From assembly GCF_964355755.1 (NCBI RefSeq), contig NC_092671.1:15314001-15378000 (forward strand): a stretch of 64,000 nucleotides of DNA, in the 5' to 3' direction. A program made the translations under genes and the position numbers. Source of the stretch: Antedon mediterranea. Its lineage: Eukaryota > Animalia > Echinodermata. The notes beneath the pieces are model-generated. The model saw nothing but the letters and a program-made list of their open reading frames with translations. It was not told where the DNA came from and did no database searches. This document shows, piece by piece, positions 1 to 13,336 of the stretch. Each line of letters starts with the position of its first letter. Position 1 is the stretch's first letter.

Positions 1-39
1 CAGTGACGAGACATGAGTAAGATAGAATCTACAAGATAT

Positions 40-180
40 TAAATGTATTTTTCTGGTCAAGTTTAACTGGAACCTAAGGAAATTCGGATTAGGCTCTACA
101 TGGACCCACAGCAGCCAGCAGTGCAGAGCCTACCAGATCAGCACACCGGGAGATGATCCCCTACTCTTTTCGAAGTGTAC
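40..180 (-). mobile_element. SINE fragment with Deu/Nin-like central domain
   Basis: Reverse complement reads TCGAAAAGAGTAGGGGATCATCTCCCGGTGTGC, resembling the GAGTAGGGG...CCCGGTG block in the SINE copies at 20183 and 25208. Confidence 0.5.
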
Positions 181-3100
181 CAATAAGATGTGTTTTTCTT
201 TTACAATTGAAAATATAGATTTTGTAGTATTTTTACTCTATTTTGAGAATGGCATTGAATTTAGTTCTTACATTTGATTCAGTGTAACATTAACACTTGG
301 ACTAAATGAGGGAAAATAAAAGGGTGCATGACTGACAAAGGGGATCATAGTTGTCGGATTGGTTAATTTTGGGCAGTTGTATATTATGCAAATGTTACAT
401 GGATTTGACAGACTTTAAACTTTGATTTGACGTTCATCATCTACAGCACACTCAACCAATGTATTTTTTGTGAAGCAGATATTTGTTTATTATATAGTCA
501 ACAGTTGACTGTAATAATAACATTCCGATTTGATCCCTATCAAACAGCTCGAAACCACAAACACTCAACTACAGTAAACACAGTAGAATAAAGGGGGGAA
601 TTTATAGTTCATTTTGTAATGTATTTTATCAGGATCAAACAAAATAAAAACCATTTATTACAATATCAAAAATTCAATAGAAGTAGCATCGCTATTTGTA
701 TAGGGTAATTTGTACAAAGCATCCATTGTCTTCTTTGATGATACTAGACAATTGTAATGCCATACCAGCTGAGAGACAACCAGTATTTCCTCAGTTAATT
801 TTAGCCATTGTATTATCCTCTTTGTCATTCTAATTAGTAGTACTTTCCATGTTGTTATTATTCAATGAGGACATGAATTTGAAATAAATACTAGATATAA
901 AGTTGTATTATTATATTCGCTGAAACTCTCTCTCTTATAAATTTGACTATAATTATACTGTAGGAACCAATGGTTATAACGGGATAGGAATTTTATTTTT
1001 TAACACTGCATGGGTATAAATATCGGTCAGTAATAATCCACAAACAATACGTTAGTTTAAATGTACCTCTTAAATTGCATTCTACCCAATTCTTGAATGA
1101 AATAGATATATTAACTGCTGGTTTTTAGAAATTAAATGATTTATAATGACAGGTTTTAAATGTTCATAAAATAATCCTGACCTGAAAGACCCAATTACTG
1201 AAGCATGACTTGCATTTAACTAGTTCAGAAATAGTTTGCTTTTTAACTAACAAACCAATGAGCCTTATTCATACCGGACTCATTTCCAACATAGCTATTT
1301 ACGTTAAACAGACATAACCTGTAAAGCATCCACTGTATACACTATCAAACTACAGTCGACTCCGTCTAAGTCAAATTTTTAGTCCTAATTCTTTCCTATA
1401 CATAACTGTAATTTTTATTTGTAAGTCAACCTCTTTTTGCGGTCTGAATACACACATTTTTTAGTGATTTATATCGAAGTCACAAATCACGAGGCAACAA
1501 CACGCTAAAAACGCTGATGAAACGTCTGTAATTTAATAAAAAAAAAACAGAGAGGTGATAATGTGGGACCATATCGGTTCTCTCAAGCAGGTTGTATAGC
1601 ATAGGCGGCATCCTATAACTCGCTTAAGTATACATCTGTGAGTTGTTTTAGAGTTGAGAACCTAATTGGCGTTTTGTGGGTACACATTTTGTGCTAGACA
1701 TTTGGCAATAAACAAGGGATATGGATTTCGAATAAGAACCGAAATGTATTTATTATTGTTACGGCCTAAACCATAAAAACAATAGTTTGTCATTGCCGAT
1801 AAAGGAGGCTTAGCATTTATTAGGCCTAGCTAGCTAACTAAGCAAACTCAATTCAAGAAGGCTCATCGTGTGGGCCACGATCGCGACAGGGTCTACTATT
1901 GTAGGCCTACAGTAGCCGTAGCGTTTAGGCCTAAGATTTTTTTACAAATCTGTAAGTCGATAATTTAAATAAAAAGTTTGAACAAAAGAGTTTATGATAA
2001 TCTTAGGTAAATTTTTATTAAACGTATATAGGCCTAGGCCTACTTGCTTGGCGAATCCACACCTTTTAAATCATTTAACAAGTTCGTAATCGGATCGTAG
2101 TACTGTACAATAAAACCAAAAAACATCGTCGTCAACCTTGTGCGATGTACGATCTGTGGTTCTTTTCTGCAGATCAACATTGGTAGAGTCCATTAATTAT
2201 GAGGGTTAAAAAATGTGATAACTATTAAAAACTTGTCTCAACCACTGTGTAATCAAAGCGTTTATTTAATTAAAACTTGAATCCCCAAAAAATTGATAAT
2301 CGCGTATTCCGGATATCACGTGATTGATTCATGGTTGGTTGCACGCTTCGTTTTTACACGTCCGGCGGAGGTGTTCAAATATGTTCGCCACTTTGGCGAA
2401 TAAGACAATATTTTTTCACCATTTCGATTCACAATTGCCGTTTGGCTCACAAAAAAAAAGCCGACCTTTATTTTCGTCAGTTTAGGGTCGGTCGGGTGTG
2501 GTCAACACAATAATTTTTTTTTTTTGCCCTAATTGTCACACACAGAATGCTGGTCTTGTGCTACGGTGAATATTCACTAGGTTGTTAAGTGGTCTGGCTC
2601 GTTGTATCGTCATTTTTTTCTTGCAAGACCCTTTCAGATAGGAAACTATACAGGCATGGTATATTGGGACCTACTGTAGCTCATCTAAAACTAATATAGT
2701 GTATAGACATTTTTTTTAAATACTAACCACCACCACGTTTTACTAATAAAGAGGTAGTGATGAAAAAACTATAGCAATCTCAAATTTTGAGAAAATTTTC
2801 TAGCGAGCTAGGGCTAACATTTCTGACACCTTGGACCCATACCCGTACTATTTTCTTTAACAATGACTTTTCAGAGATTGATCAACTTGAATAGAGAGAA
2901 CAATTTTGTGTACATGGTAATACTTACTATTTAGCGGAATCTGATAGCTGATATTCTCTTCGTCTGTCATAGCATTCTTGAATTCCTGAATCATTCCATA
3001 TACTAGATATGTATTCAATATAAGGGGATTCAAAGGTCCGTACCGTTTCTGGATCTTTTTGCCTAACAAAATTTGATTTCTCCTAAAAGGAAACAAAAAA

Positions 3101-5097
3101 AAAGATGTTGCAAATTTAACACAGAGCACAAATTGTGGGTCACATGTTGCTTTAAACGATCATGTGATAGTATTTTCATTTTTTTTTGTACGAAAAAAAA
3201 AAGCCACAGCAAAAATCCAATAGCTCTGCCAATTTCTTGCTTGACTGATTGATTGGCATACAAACAATAACATTCAAAATGGCGTGCAGTTGAAAGTAAC
3301 ATTTTTAAATAGCAATATGTGTACTAAAGAGACCAAAATAGCACTTAAAATAGTTTTAATTAATCATAATTGTACGATTTTAACTACTGTAATTAATGGG
3401 AACAACTACTATAAGACATGTAATTGTTGGAAAAAATGATTAGCCTTCAATTGCATGGCGATTTTTCATATTGCTAATCTGCTTTTGTACACTAGGCTAG
3501 CCTAGCTAGACTTTGCTTAGGAATATGTTGTTCGGACAAATAAATGCTTTTTATTTTTCGATGGTGGAGCTGTATTTAACTCTGCTTCTGCCTTGTTTTA
3601 CACTCGCCAGTCTTTCAACTCATGGAAAATTCTCCACCATCCAACTCATAATTTGTATACTAGTTTTGACATCCTTTTATTTCATTCAATAAAGTTACTT
3701 TGTCCGCATGATACTAAAGCAAATACTGTACAGTGCAACAAAGTATAGAAATTAAATTATGAAAATTGATATAAATGGAAAGAAAATGAAGTAGTCTTGT
3801 CTATTATTATAGTACACTTGCCTAAAAGAACAGTACAATAATATAAGAAGAAATATAATAAAAAGTTGATATTTTAGAATTCAAAACAAAGAATTTTTAG
3901 CTTTTCTGGTATTCAATGTATGTGGAAACACCCTTTTTTACAATAGGTGATTTAACCATGAAATCACCTATTCAATTAATAAGTCAAAAAAATAGCCACA
4001 ATTCAATGTCAACACGCAATGCACATTCAACAAAACAAGTGATGTAGAACAGACTTGTGCTGTACAGTAGTTTTGTAGATTAATAAAGCTAGCCTACTGT
4101 ACACAAAATGGGTTGTCCCAGTCTACAGTACAATCTGCTCACTGCCTACACAAACTGTAGGTTCTTAATTAAATATGTACAGTAGTATACAGTAATTCAC
4201 CTAGCCCATTTTTATTTCAATTGAGTATTTTCAATTGAAATGGACGTTATTTAATTGCAATATCGATAAACAGTAAATTATCAAATACTACCGCAATTAC
4301 ATCATTGTGATACATTCTATTACGATGTAAAGATATTGAAGAGGGGGAAGGTGTGATGGCTTAAGAATATCTTTGTTCCACTAATAAAAACAAAAAGCAT
4401 AGTACATAATGTATGAGTTCATAGTGTGATTATGACTCAATATTAATTACTAATAATAATATGTGTAGATCATGGTTACTAACTTACTGTATTGAAAAGG
4501 TATAATAAAATATAAAATTCAATGTTAAACATAGAATATCGAAGTCAAGTGACTAATTATTTACAACAGCTGCAAAGAATGTGTTGCATGGTACGACTGA
4601 ACTAAAAGAATTACAAAGTTGATAGTACAGTTTATTAAATAGTAAATAGATCCTAAACACATAATTTATTGTTACATACTGTAGCGATAGTCAGTATAGC
4701 CTGAAATAAACTATGGGATATTATGTTTAAAAAACTAAATTGTTAAGCATACTGTATTAATAATTTCTTGGTAAATATGAAAAGTTTATTTAATATTAAA
4801 TGTTTGCACATAGGAATCATATGCCCATTTTTATCTGCTAAACATGATATAACAGTTAACACAGGCACAGTGGTGTGTGACTTCAAACTGTCATTAGATT
4901 GGCCAGTGGTGGCTAGTTTCTTGAGATGTCCTGGTTTTTTTTATATCCATGGGTTAACCTCATACGAACTTCATCGCCTAAATAAATGGGTTACTAGGCC
5001 AAAGGTGGTTTGTTTTGGTGTTTACATGCAACTTTATGTCCATCCACCCCTTTCTGTAAATAAATAGTTGTCTAAAACTCTCATGATATTGACTTAC

Positions 5098-8000
5098 CTC
5101 ATTTGTATTGTCTATGTAAGGAATTCTGAGTCGTTCCATTGCCCTAATCAGGGCATGTATGGCTGTGAAAATATTCTGATATACCAAGTGAATAAAATCT
5201 TTCCTATCATCTTCATTGTATCCTTTTCCATGGATAATTCTCATCTGTTTAATGAATGTACTTTTACCACTTTCACCAGTACCTGTAAGGAAGCAAAACA
5301 TCATTTAAACATACCACAATTAATGATTTACCAGATATGACCAAACACAATAATATTAATATCCCCGGTCATCAAACACAAATAGAAACGTACTCCCATA
5401 ATGCTAGTAATCAGCGCAAAGTTGTGTCTTGATCTTACCAGGTCAGTGGCGGATCTAGGGATGAATAGGGTGGCTAGCCACCCCCCTTAATTCTAAAAAA
5501 AAATTAAAAAAAGATGCAACCTACCCGCGATTGACCGTCGCTAGACGTGGATTAATCTTTTAATTAAGAAGAGTAGGCCTAGCTAGGCCCTACCAGAGCT
5601 AGAGTTAGCATTAATAGTTGTGTAAATAGGCCTAGACCTACACAGTGAAAGAGCTAAGATTTCAATTACTGTTATGAATTCAAGAGTTTAAAAAGAAAAC
5701 ACGATTTAAAATCTTCGGAAAATACCCACAACTGAGTTATTTTCAAAACACATGCACTCCTAAAACTACCAGCGTCACGTTGTCAAGCTCGCTCCCCTCG
5801 TGTGAATGCTGACGTCATCACTCTCCAAAAATATACCATTTTCCATTGCAGTTAATTTCCGTTTGTGCAAGCGTTAGCGTGGTATATTTACACCACTGAG
5901 TGGAGTGTTTAATATCGGGAACTTTTTTCTTGCGCATGAAGGTTTTTTGTATAATATTATTATGGTATGCAGTATAAACGATAAAAATAAACGAGAAACA
6001 TGGTGTTCTTTTATTATTTTATAGACATAAAATAAACATGAAATGTCTTGTATGTACACGGGACGGCCGAAAAAAGTTGTAGCTGTAGGGTATATATCTC
6101 TGAGGTTAACAGACCACCAAAACACGGTACACAACACATGCACTATCGAGGCATTTTCGGAGTACCGCATTAACAAATGTTCATTTTGTTTAAAGGTTTT
6201 TCGATCAAAGTTTATTATTAGTTTGTCGAAAAAGATCCGTACAGTATTTAGGAAAGATTTATTTAAATTTACATTATGTAATATTTGTTATTAAGCGTGA
6301 TGGAAACAGTTTCTCTAGCCTATTAAACAGTGTGTAAGCATCTATTTTTTCAAAAATTTTCGATTCTGTAAATATTTCTTCAAAACAACCAATGCATCAT
6401 AATTGTGTCTTTTTAAAAAACCTCAAAATTGCTGAATAGGTTGCATGATCAAATGATGAAAGCTGTAGCAACTAATAAATAATAAAAAACTTTAAACTTG
6501 TATTATAATATAAAGGGTCTGTCAAGCCTGCTCTAGTTCAGGTTCACATCATATTGTGCTTATAGCATTAACGGATAGACGCATATGGAGTAAAAGGATT
6601 GGTGCAAGCCAGGTTAAAAGAAAATGACATTGAGACACGATTTTTTAATTTTTCCGAACCGGAAAAGACACTTAATTGAGCATGTTCAGCTAATGTCATG
6701 CCGAGTACAAGAAGGCAAAATGGTGGAATGTATCAGACACTTTCGACCATTTGTCTTGGTCCTTAGTAGGCAAGATGTACATGTACTAGCCCGTCCTCTG
6801 GATCGGATGCCAAGTTGTCAGATAATGATCCAAATACTGTAAGTCGCTTCAATTAACCTACCGTATTTTCCGGAGTATAGGTCGACCCCCAACTTTGGCC
6901 TAGAATATCGTTGATTTTGGTATGACCTGAATATAAGTCGACGCCCAAAATTGGCTAATAACACAACTTACTTTAAAGTTCAAAGAGGGCTAGAAATGTA
7001 TGAAATGTGGTTATTTGTTTATATTATTAAAGTGTAGGCCTAATCAATATCGGACGGACGTAATGACGACGACTTCGCCGCCGTCTTCACCAGCCTATAA
7101 TAAATGACAGCGATGTAGCGTTACTTGCCATCAGCGATGTTTTTCGCGTCATTCGAATAAATTAAAACGAGTTTTCCGTTAGGAGGCTTATTAATTGTAC
7201 AGGCGAGTAGTTGTAAATCGCGTTATCTGTAAATGTACACGCGCCCGACTAAGGAGAATTTATTTTATGAATAGACATGCGCAGTAATTGTAATTACGAA
7301 CAAACAAACAAACTGCGCATGTGTATAGATGAAAATATCGCACAATAACAAACATGCTGCATGGACATTCCGACGTCTGTGGTGTGTGTTATGATGTTTT
7401 CGCGAGAGTGAATAAGAAGCATAAAGAAAACTATTTATTCTTAATTATCTTAAAAGCGTAATATTAACATCAAAATGAGTCATTGTGATATATTAATATT
7501 TTATTGACCAGTACTTGTTGGAGTTGTATTATTTTGTACAATGTAGGTATTAAATTGAAAACTTCTGTGAGTGATTGATGATAGGCCACTGACCTTGCTG
7601 GGTCTTGACAGCTGACGGCTTTTGAACATATTTTTTCGGCCTGATTTTTTTCAAAAATCGCATGGTCGGAGTATAAGTTGACCCCCCGATTTTGCAATTA
7701 AAATTTTCCCACAAAGTCTCGACCTACACTCCGGAAAATACGGTATATATTATCAGTTTCTGACTCCCGTAAAGTGGGACCACCTCTTCTTTTATCGTGT
7801 TTGTATCCTTCAATAATGACTATGAAAAGTCATGATTAAATTACCAAAAAAAAAAAACCTTTACAGGAAGATTGTCTTTCAGCACAGTATATTTTATTGG
7901 TGAGCCCAGTGAAATGAAATGTATTTCAAAATGTAGGATCCGTCACTGAGACAAAATATGTTTGAAACAGTACGAATGCGATAGCAATCGTGTTAAATAA

Positions 8001-11000
8001 TAAAATAATAATGTACAATAAGGAAGAGATTACTTTCAATCATTGAATTGAAATATATTACAGTAATCTTACCATATTTAGCATCAATTCAAGTACATTT
8101 ACTGTGTAAAATTATTTCTTTTTCACTTTCTGCTAATACAAGAATTCTTAGGTTAGCTGTGAACATACAGTACTGTATTATTTCATGTTTTTTCCTTATT
8201 GTGGTTTTACTGTAGAATGCTAGGATATTAAGTACACTATTTTTCTTTCTATTTTTTTCAATATAACAGTACCACTCCAGGGTTCTCACCATGCTGGTCA
8301 GCGCCCGTCGGCCCTGTCCGGCATTCATAATTGCTATCATTACGTTGTCTAGCCTAGGTAAGCAATGCTTGTAATGCCAAACCGTGACCACTTAAACTTA
8401 ACTAAGAGGTCAACCTACTGAATATTGCTGTATTATGGCTCTAGCGAGGGCATGCTCAAGTAAATCGCACCTTGGTTTTCAAAAAAATTTAAGCAACGAA
8501 GTCTACATGAAATAAATTCAAACTTAATATATTCTATGTTTCATAAGTATAGTATAGTATAGTATACATATTACGGCTAGGCCTACAGTATGTGCAAAAG
8601 AAAATTGGCCTAAACAACTCTCACATGTCAGACTTTATTTGTTATCATCAAAATATCACTGACCGCCAGAATTTGGATCAAGGAAACATGTGGGCATCCA
8701 TTGGATTGGAAAGATGATGTGTGCAGCTAGACTATCGTGTTTCATCTACCATGTGACCAAAAATCTTGTACTGTGTAATAGAAATCTACGGCAATCTAAT
8801 ATGCGGAACAGAACATATACTGCTGCTATATTTTTCGGCTACTAGACGTTTGATAACTACAGTATATTTAGAAGTTGACCTAGGCCTACAGTAGTTGAGG
8901 TTCACCAGTTGTTTGGCACATTGTACTTTTAATTCATCAGAACAGATTTCTTATCTATATTTTCCACCGGCTGGGCTCGCACTGGCCTATCGCCAAGTCG
9001 CCATGGGCGAAAACGTTTCTAGATTGGCGAAAAATAAAACGGCTACTTTAGCCATTTTGGCGATGACATATGATAAAATAGATAATTAAATAATCATTTT
9101 GGCGAAAGCATAAAGTCCAACTAAAAGGTCCATTTGTCGATCTCCAAGCATTTATTTTGTTCGTTATCACGTTGTTTACTTCAAGCTCCATTTTTCGTCA
9201 ACTTGTTTCGTTGTACCAGGCGTCTCTTTGTTATTTCAAAAAGATGGAGATAGCAGAGGTAGACTGCACAGAGAGACAGACGTTACACGACACATGGATG
9301 ATGAAGTCTACCCAAACTATCACGTGTTGTGCGCTGCACAAACGATAGACTACTACGTAGCCGACGGTCGGCTAATTACCGGGATTGTCTATTTTTCGAT
9401 AGGGGTGTACTTTTCAGATTAAAAAGAAACATTATAGTATCTTCGATGAATGACGTCTTAATCTTATCGAAATCAAAAATGTATGCGTTATGCATTTTAG
9501 AGTCTTCCAATTTAATGTAGTTTCATATTTTACCCTTAATAAACTTCCCTCGTGCGTCAGTGTAAACAAAACAACATGCGGGAAATGGTAGAGTCTAAAC
9601 ACACACGTGCATCTGAGCGGGACCGGCCGCCGGCTTCTGTGTTGTTGTGTAAATAAATAATAATCGGGATAAATTTCTCGCCCTGACAGAAACGCTTCGG
9701 CGCAGCAGCCTTGAGGGATGGAAAGACGTGTACTCTGTGTGCTTTGGCCTATATTATCTTACGTTTAACAACGATACGAGTGTTCGTTTGCTAGGAATTT
9801 TCCTCAATATTTTTAGCATACGATATACCGTTGCGTTGTTGTACATAATTTTGTAGGCCTAGGCTAGGCCGGCGGTTCTGCACTTTCGCACCTCTTGAGC
9901 ATACCCAATTTAAAAACATTAACCCGCTGCGCGGCGGTGATTCTGAGTGATTCTAGGACACGATTTTCGCCTGGTACGCCATGAAAGCCGTCACGCGCAA
10001 ACATGACCAGCCAGCCAAGTGTAAAAACAAAAGTAACATAGCGTTCAGGGGAGTTCAGAAAACTGTAAAATGTTTCTTATTAAATTGATAACTGTATGAA
10101 TGCTGTATGATTAAAAACAATTTGAACAATTGTTTTGATCATGTAAAAAAAATACAAAAAAAATATTTTTTTTAATCATACAGTGATTTAGGCATGGTTC
10201 TTTATCTCAATGCCTTACAAAAATGTTCAGGGAACAGTGTATAGACCAGTTGACATAGATAAATTGACTAAAATGTTTTTACCACTATATTTCAAAAAGT
10301 TTAAATTTTGGCTATAAACCGATTTGGCTAAATAAAAAAATTTGACTTTAGCCATTTTGGCTATAGATAAACTGATTTGACTAAAAAAAATATTTTGACT
10401 TTCGCCAAATGGCTAAACAAAATGAAATGTTAGTGCTACCCCAGACCGGGTATAGTATGTAAATTGTAACACCGTAAAAAAGAAATCTTTAAAAATAAGA
10501 ATTTAAAATAAAATTAGTCTTTAAAAATATCATTGGGTAATCCTTTATTTATTAATGAACTTATAGGAGTGCATAACCCATTTGAAAGTTACAGGTCATT
10601 TGAATGAAGTTTGAGAAAAGCAACCCCTGGGATTGGCGATACACCCCCCGGGGGTTGGTCGCACACCAGCACTTCTAAAATGCTGGTGAGAAACCTGTAT
10701 CAAATTTTGCCATTTAAAATGTTGATATCTAGAAAATCATTTTGTGCAATAATATTTGTGAAATACATCATCACACAATGTAATACAATAATATTGTGTG
10801 CATGGCAATTGGCAGAATATCCATTATTTATATACACATTTTTAAAGAAAGCGAGATCAGTAAAAAACAAAATCATTTTTATAATGCTACCACCAATAAA
10901 TACCATAATTTTAACAGCTTAGTAAAGATTGAATGAGCCTTTACATTGTATGATAATTGCTGTAGTAAAGTATGCAACAGCCTGGATGATATGAAAACAT

Positions 11001-13336
11001 ACACTGAAGCATAACAGAACATACTCGCATTATTAGCGAGCTTTCGATTTGTCTCAAACCGACGACTAAATTATGTCATGTTTATTCACTGTGTACATGC
11101 AGGGATATTCGGACGCATTTCCTCGCTCCTGACCTACTGTAGACTCTAGGTCCCGGCAACGACTGACGACACATCGATTGACCTGACCTAGGTAGGTCGT
11201 CGCTAATTGAAATGAAAGCTCCCTGTTATTATACCACATCAATTATATTGGCAATTAATAATTTAAGGTATACAGTAAATGGGGATTTTTTTTTATAGAT
11301 TATTTACAGTGTAGTTGAGGAATATCACTGTGAAAACACCAATCTTACCAAATTTTAAAATTATATTTGCTGAATGAAATTTACGAAAAAGAAACTACTG
11401 TACCTAAAAACATCAAAGTAAAAAAACCGTAACTGTAAGTAAAATTTGACTTTAAAAAATACAAAATTTGGACACTCTTCTCCTCATGACTAAAGCATTG
11501 TTGAATGTTTTTCATTCTTCTTTCCTGAATTTGGCATGCGTCATAGAAGAAATTCCAATACCATTTTCACAACTTGCAACTACTGTACAGTAGGTTCACA
11601 TACTGTAGTAGTGTGATGGAAATTTTGTAGAAATATTAAAAGAAAAAAAGCCCTTTTCCCCACAAGATGTTAGTGAGTGAGCGTATTAGCCCTGGTATTT
11701 TAATGTGAAAGAATTTTAATCAAATAACCAACTATACAACAATCCGCAAACCAAAGATTTAGGTTTGCGGATGTGTACACGTAGTTTTAAAAACCAATCA
11801 AAATATTGTTATTAAGTTGCAACTGTGAAAATGTGTCTACTACTACTACTATAGCCTACACAATGCAAACAATGCTTTGTATTGTAGTCTTGGTATAAAA
11901 CTGTGTGGTAGTGCCTGCCTAAGAAAATTCTGCTTAAAATATAAATTTGTTTTTGACAGAAAGAAATTTGTTGACTATTTGTAAAAAAGGCGATTGAAGT
12001 TTTTAAATTTATTGAAAGCACCAAAGAAATAAATCTGATTAAACAGCAATTTGGTCAAATGCAACTCAGAAAATTACCAAACATCGGTCAATGTATCAAG
12101 AAAACAATAATGCATCTTGGCTTAAGACCAATCTGATGGATTTCGGCTTCTTTTTACTACACTACAAGTATGAAATGTATAATTAATTTATAACATAAAA
12201 TATTTATAAAGGAGCAAAGTAAATACAATAAATCATTAATTAAATGACAGAGTAATTGTAATTTAAAACCGTATAAAATTTATGATTGTCTGGAATCAAA
12301 CCGGGGGATTCCCCGTTTCTTTACTATTGATAGAGAATGAGTAGTAATTGTATTGGTAACATCCTTCAATTAGGAGGGACATTTGTTTAATTATATTATT
12401 TGGGGAATTGGATTCAAATATTAATCAGGGCTATTACCCATAATATACCACAGGATTGTATCAAGTTGCAGCCCTAGAATTTAATCTCTGTAATCGCTAA
12501 CCATTTAACACATTTTTTTTTTTCAAAAGGGGGCAAGAATACGGCTTACGCACTAAAATTGCTGAAAGTACAAAGCTTGAATTATTTGAGCTGGACGCCT
12601 AAATGAAACCTAATTAGGTTAAAGTTAATAGTTACGATCTGAATAAAATTATTTGATAACCGATTAGGCCTACAAATTTAAAATATGTCTAAATAGGTTC
12701 CATGGATCTTACGTAATCACCTACTTTACAGAAAATGAGTATGAATGATATACTGTGAAATGCTCAATCACCACTATTAACTCAAGAGGAATTTGCATAT
12801 TTAAGCCACCTGGATAGTACTGTACACCTGTGCATAGCCTAGGTTTGTTTGATGAGGTGTGAACCCAAAAGCAAGGTCCTGTCAAAATTATTGAACATTT
12901 TTTGTAGGATTCAAACTTGAAAATTACTGTTCTAAATAATAGATACACTCGTTCATATTTACGAGAACAATTTTATGAATATAACTGAAACATTTTTTTT
13001 TCGTAAATATGATGTATTTAGGCCTAGTAAGGCTGCCACATCATACCACCGTAGACCGTCGCTTATGTGCAGCAGCAGCAGCTCTCCGTGTCGTTTGTTG
13101 GTTTGCCAACAGACCGAATACACCAACCAGATCAAAATAGGTACACACCCCTCGGATTTCCCACGATATTTACATTGAAAAAAGCAGTTTTCAGTGGTCT
13201 TATGCAACATACACCTACCTAGTAATAGCAACTTGAGCTCCCTTCGTGAATCCCTTTTATCTTTTCGAAGTTGCTTTTCGATTTCTTGATTTATACGTTT
13301 TGCCTCCTTCGCCTCTTCGCTCATACAGCACGCCAT
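5098..13336 (-). CDS. GNAQ: G protein alpha-q subunit, coding exons 1-2 (13336-13219, 5282-5098); gene continues beyond the left edge
   Basis: [40 protein letters not shown] joins in phase 1 to [18 protein letters not shown] (P-loop GTGESGKS). N-terminal CC palmitoylation pair is typical of Gq. GT-AG boundaries; intron 1 is ~7.9 kb. Confidence 0.95.
6861..7743. mobile_element. Tc1/mariner-pogo (Tc2-like) non-autonomous element, 883 bp
   Basis: TIR CCGTATTTTCCGGAGT(A/G)TAGGTCGA at both ends, flanked by TA; subterminal ATAAGT(C/T)GAC repeats. Confidence 0.85.
8971..10444. mobile_element. hAT-like non-autonomous element with 5-bp TSD, 1474 bp
   Basis: Ends CTGGGCTCGCACT and AGTGCTACCCCAG form an imperfect TIR. 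ACCGG is duplicated at 8966-8970 and 10445-10449. Subterminal TTTGGC(G/T)A repeats at both ends. Confidence 0.7.
11035..11224. mobile_element. Small degenerate MITE
   Basis: AGCGAGCTTTCGATTT...CGACGAC at the left end is an imperfect inverted match to GTCGTCG...AAATGAAAGCTCCCT at the right end. Confidence 0.45.

Noticed and set aside
2331-4760. Short ORFs in GNAQ intron 2, and similar 60-110-aa ORFs elsewhere
   Set aside because: No recognisable motifs or splice support; expected by chance. No further GNAQ exon was found in 1-5097.
5444-7948. Single hAT element from CAGTGGCGGATC to GGATCCGTCACTG
   Set aside because: Flanks TACCAGGT and AGACAAAA give no TSD and the subterminal sequences differ; probably ends of two separate elements.
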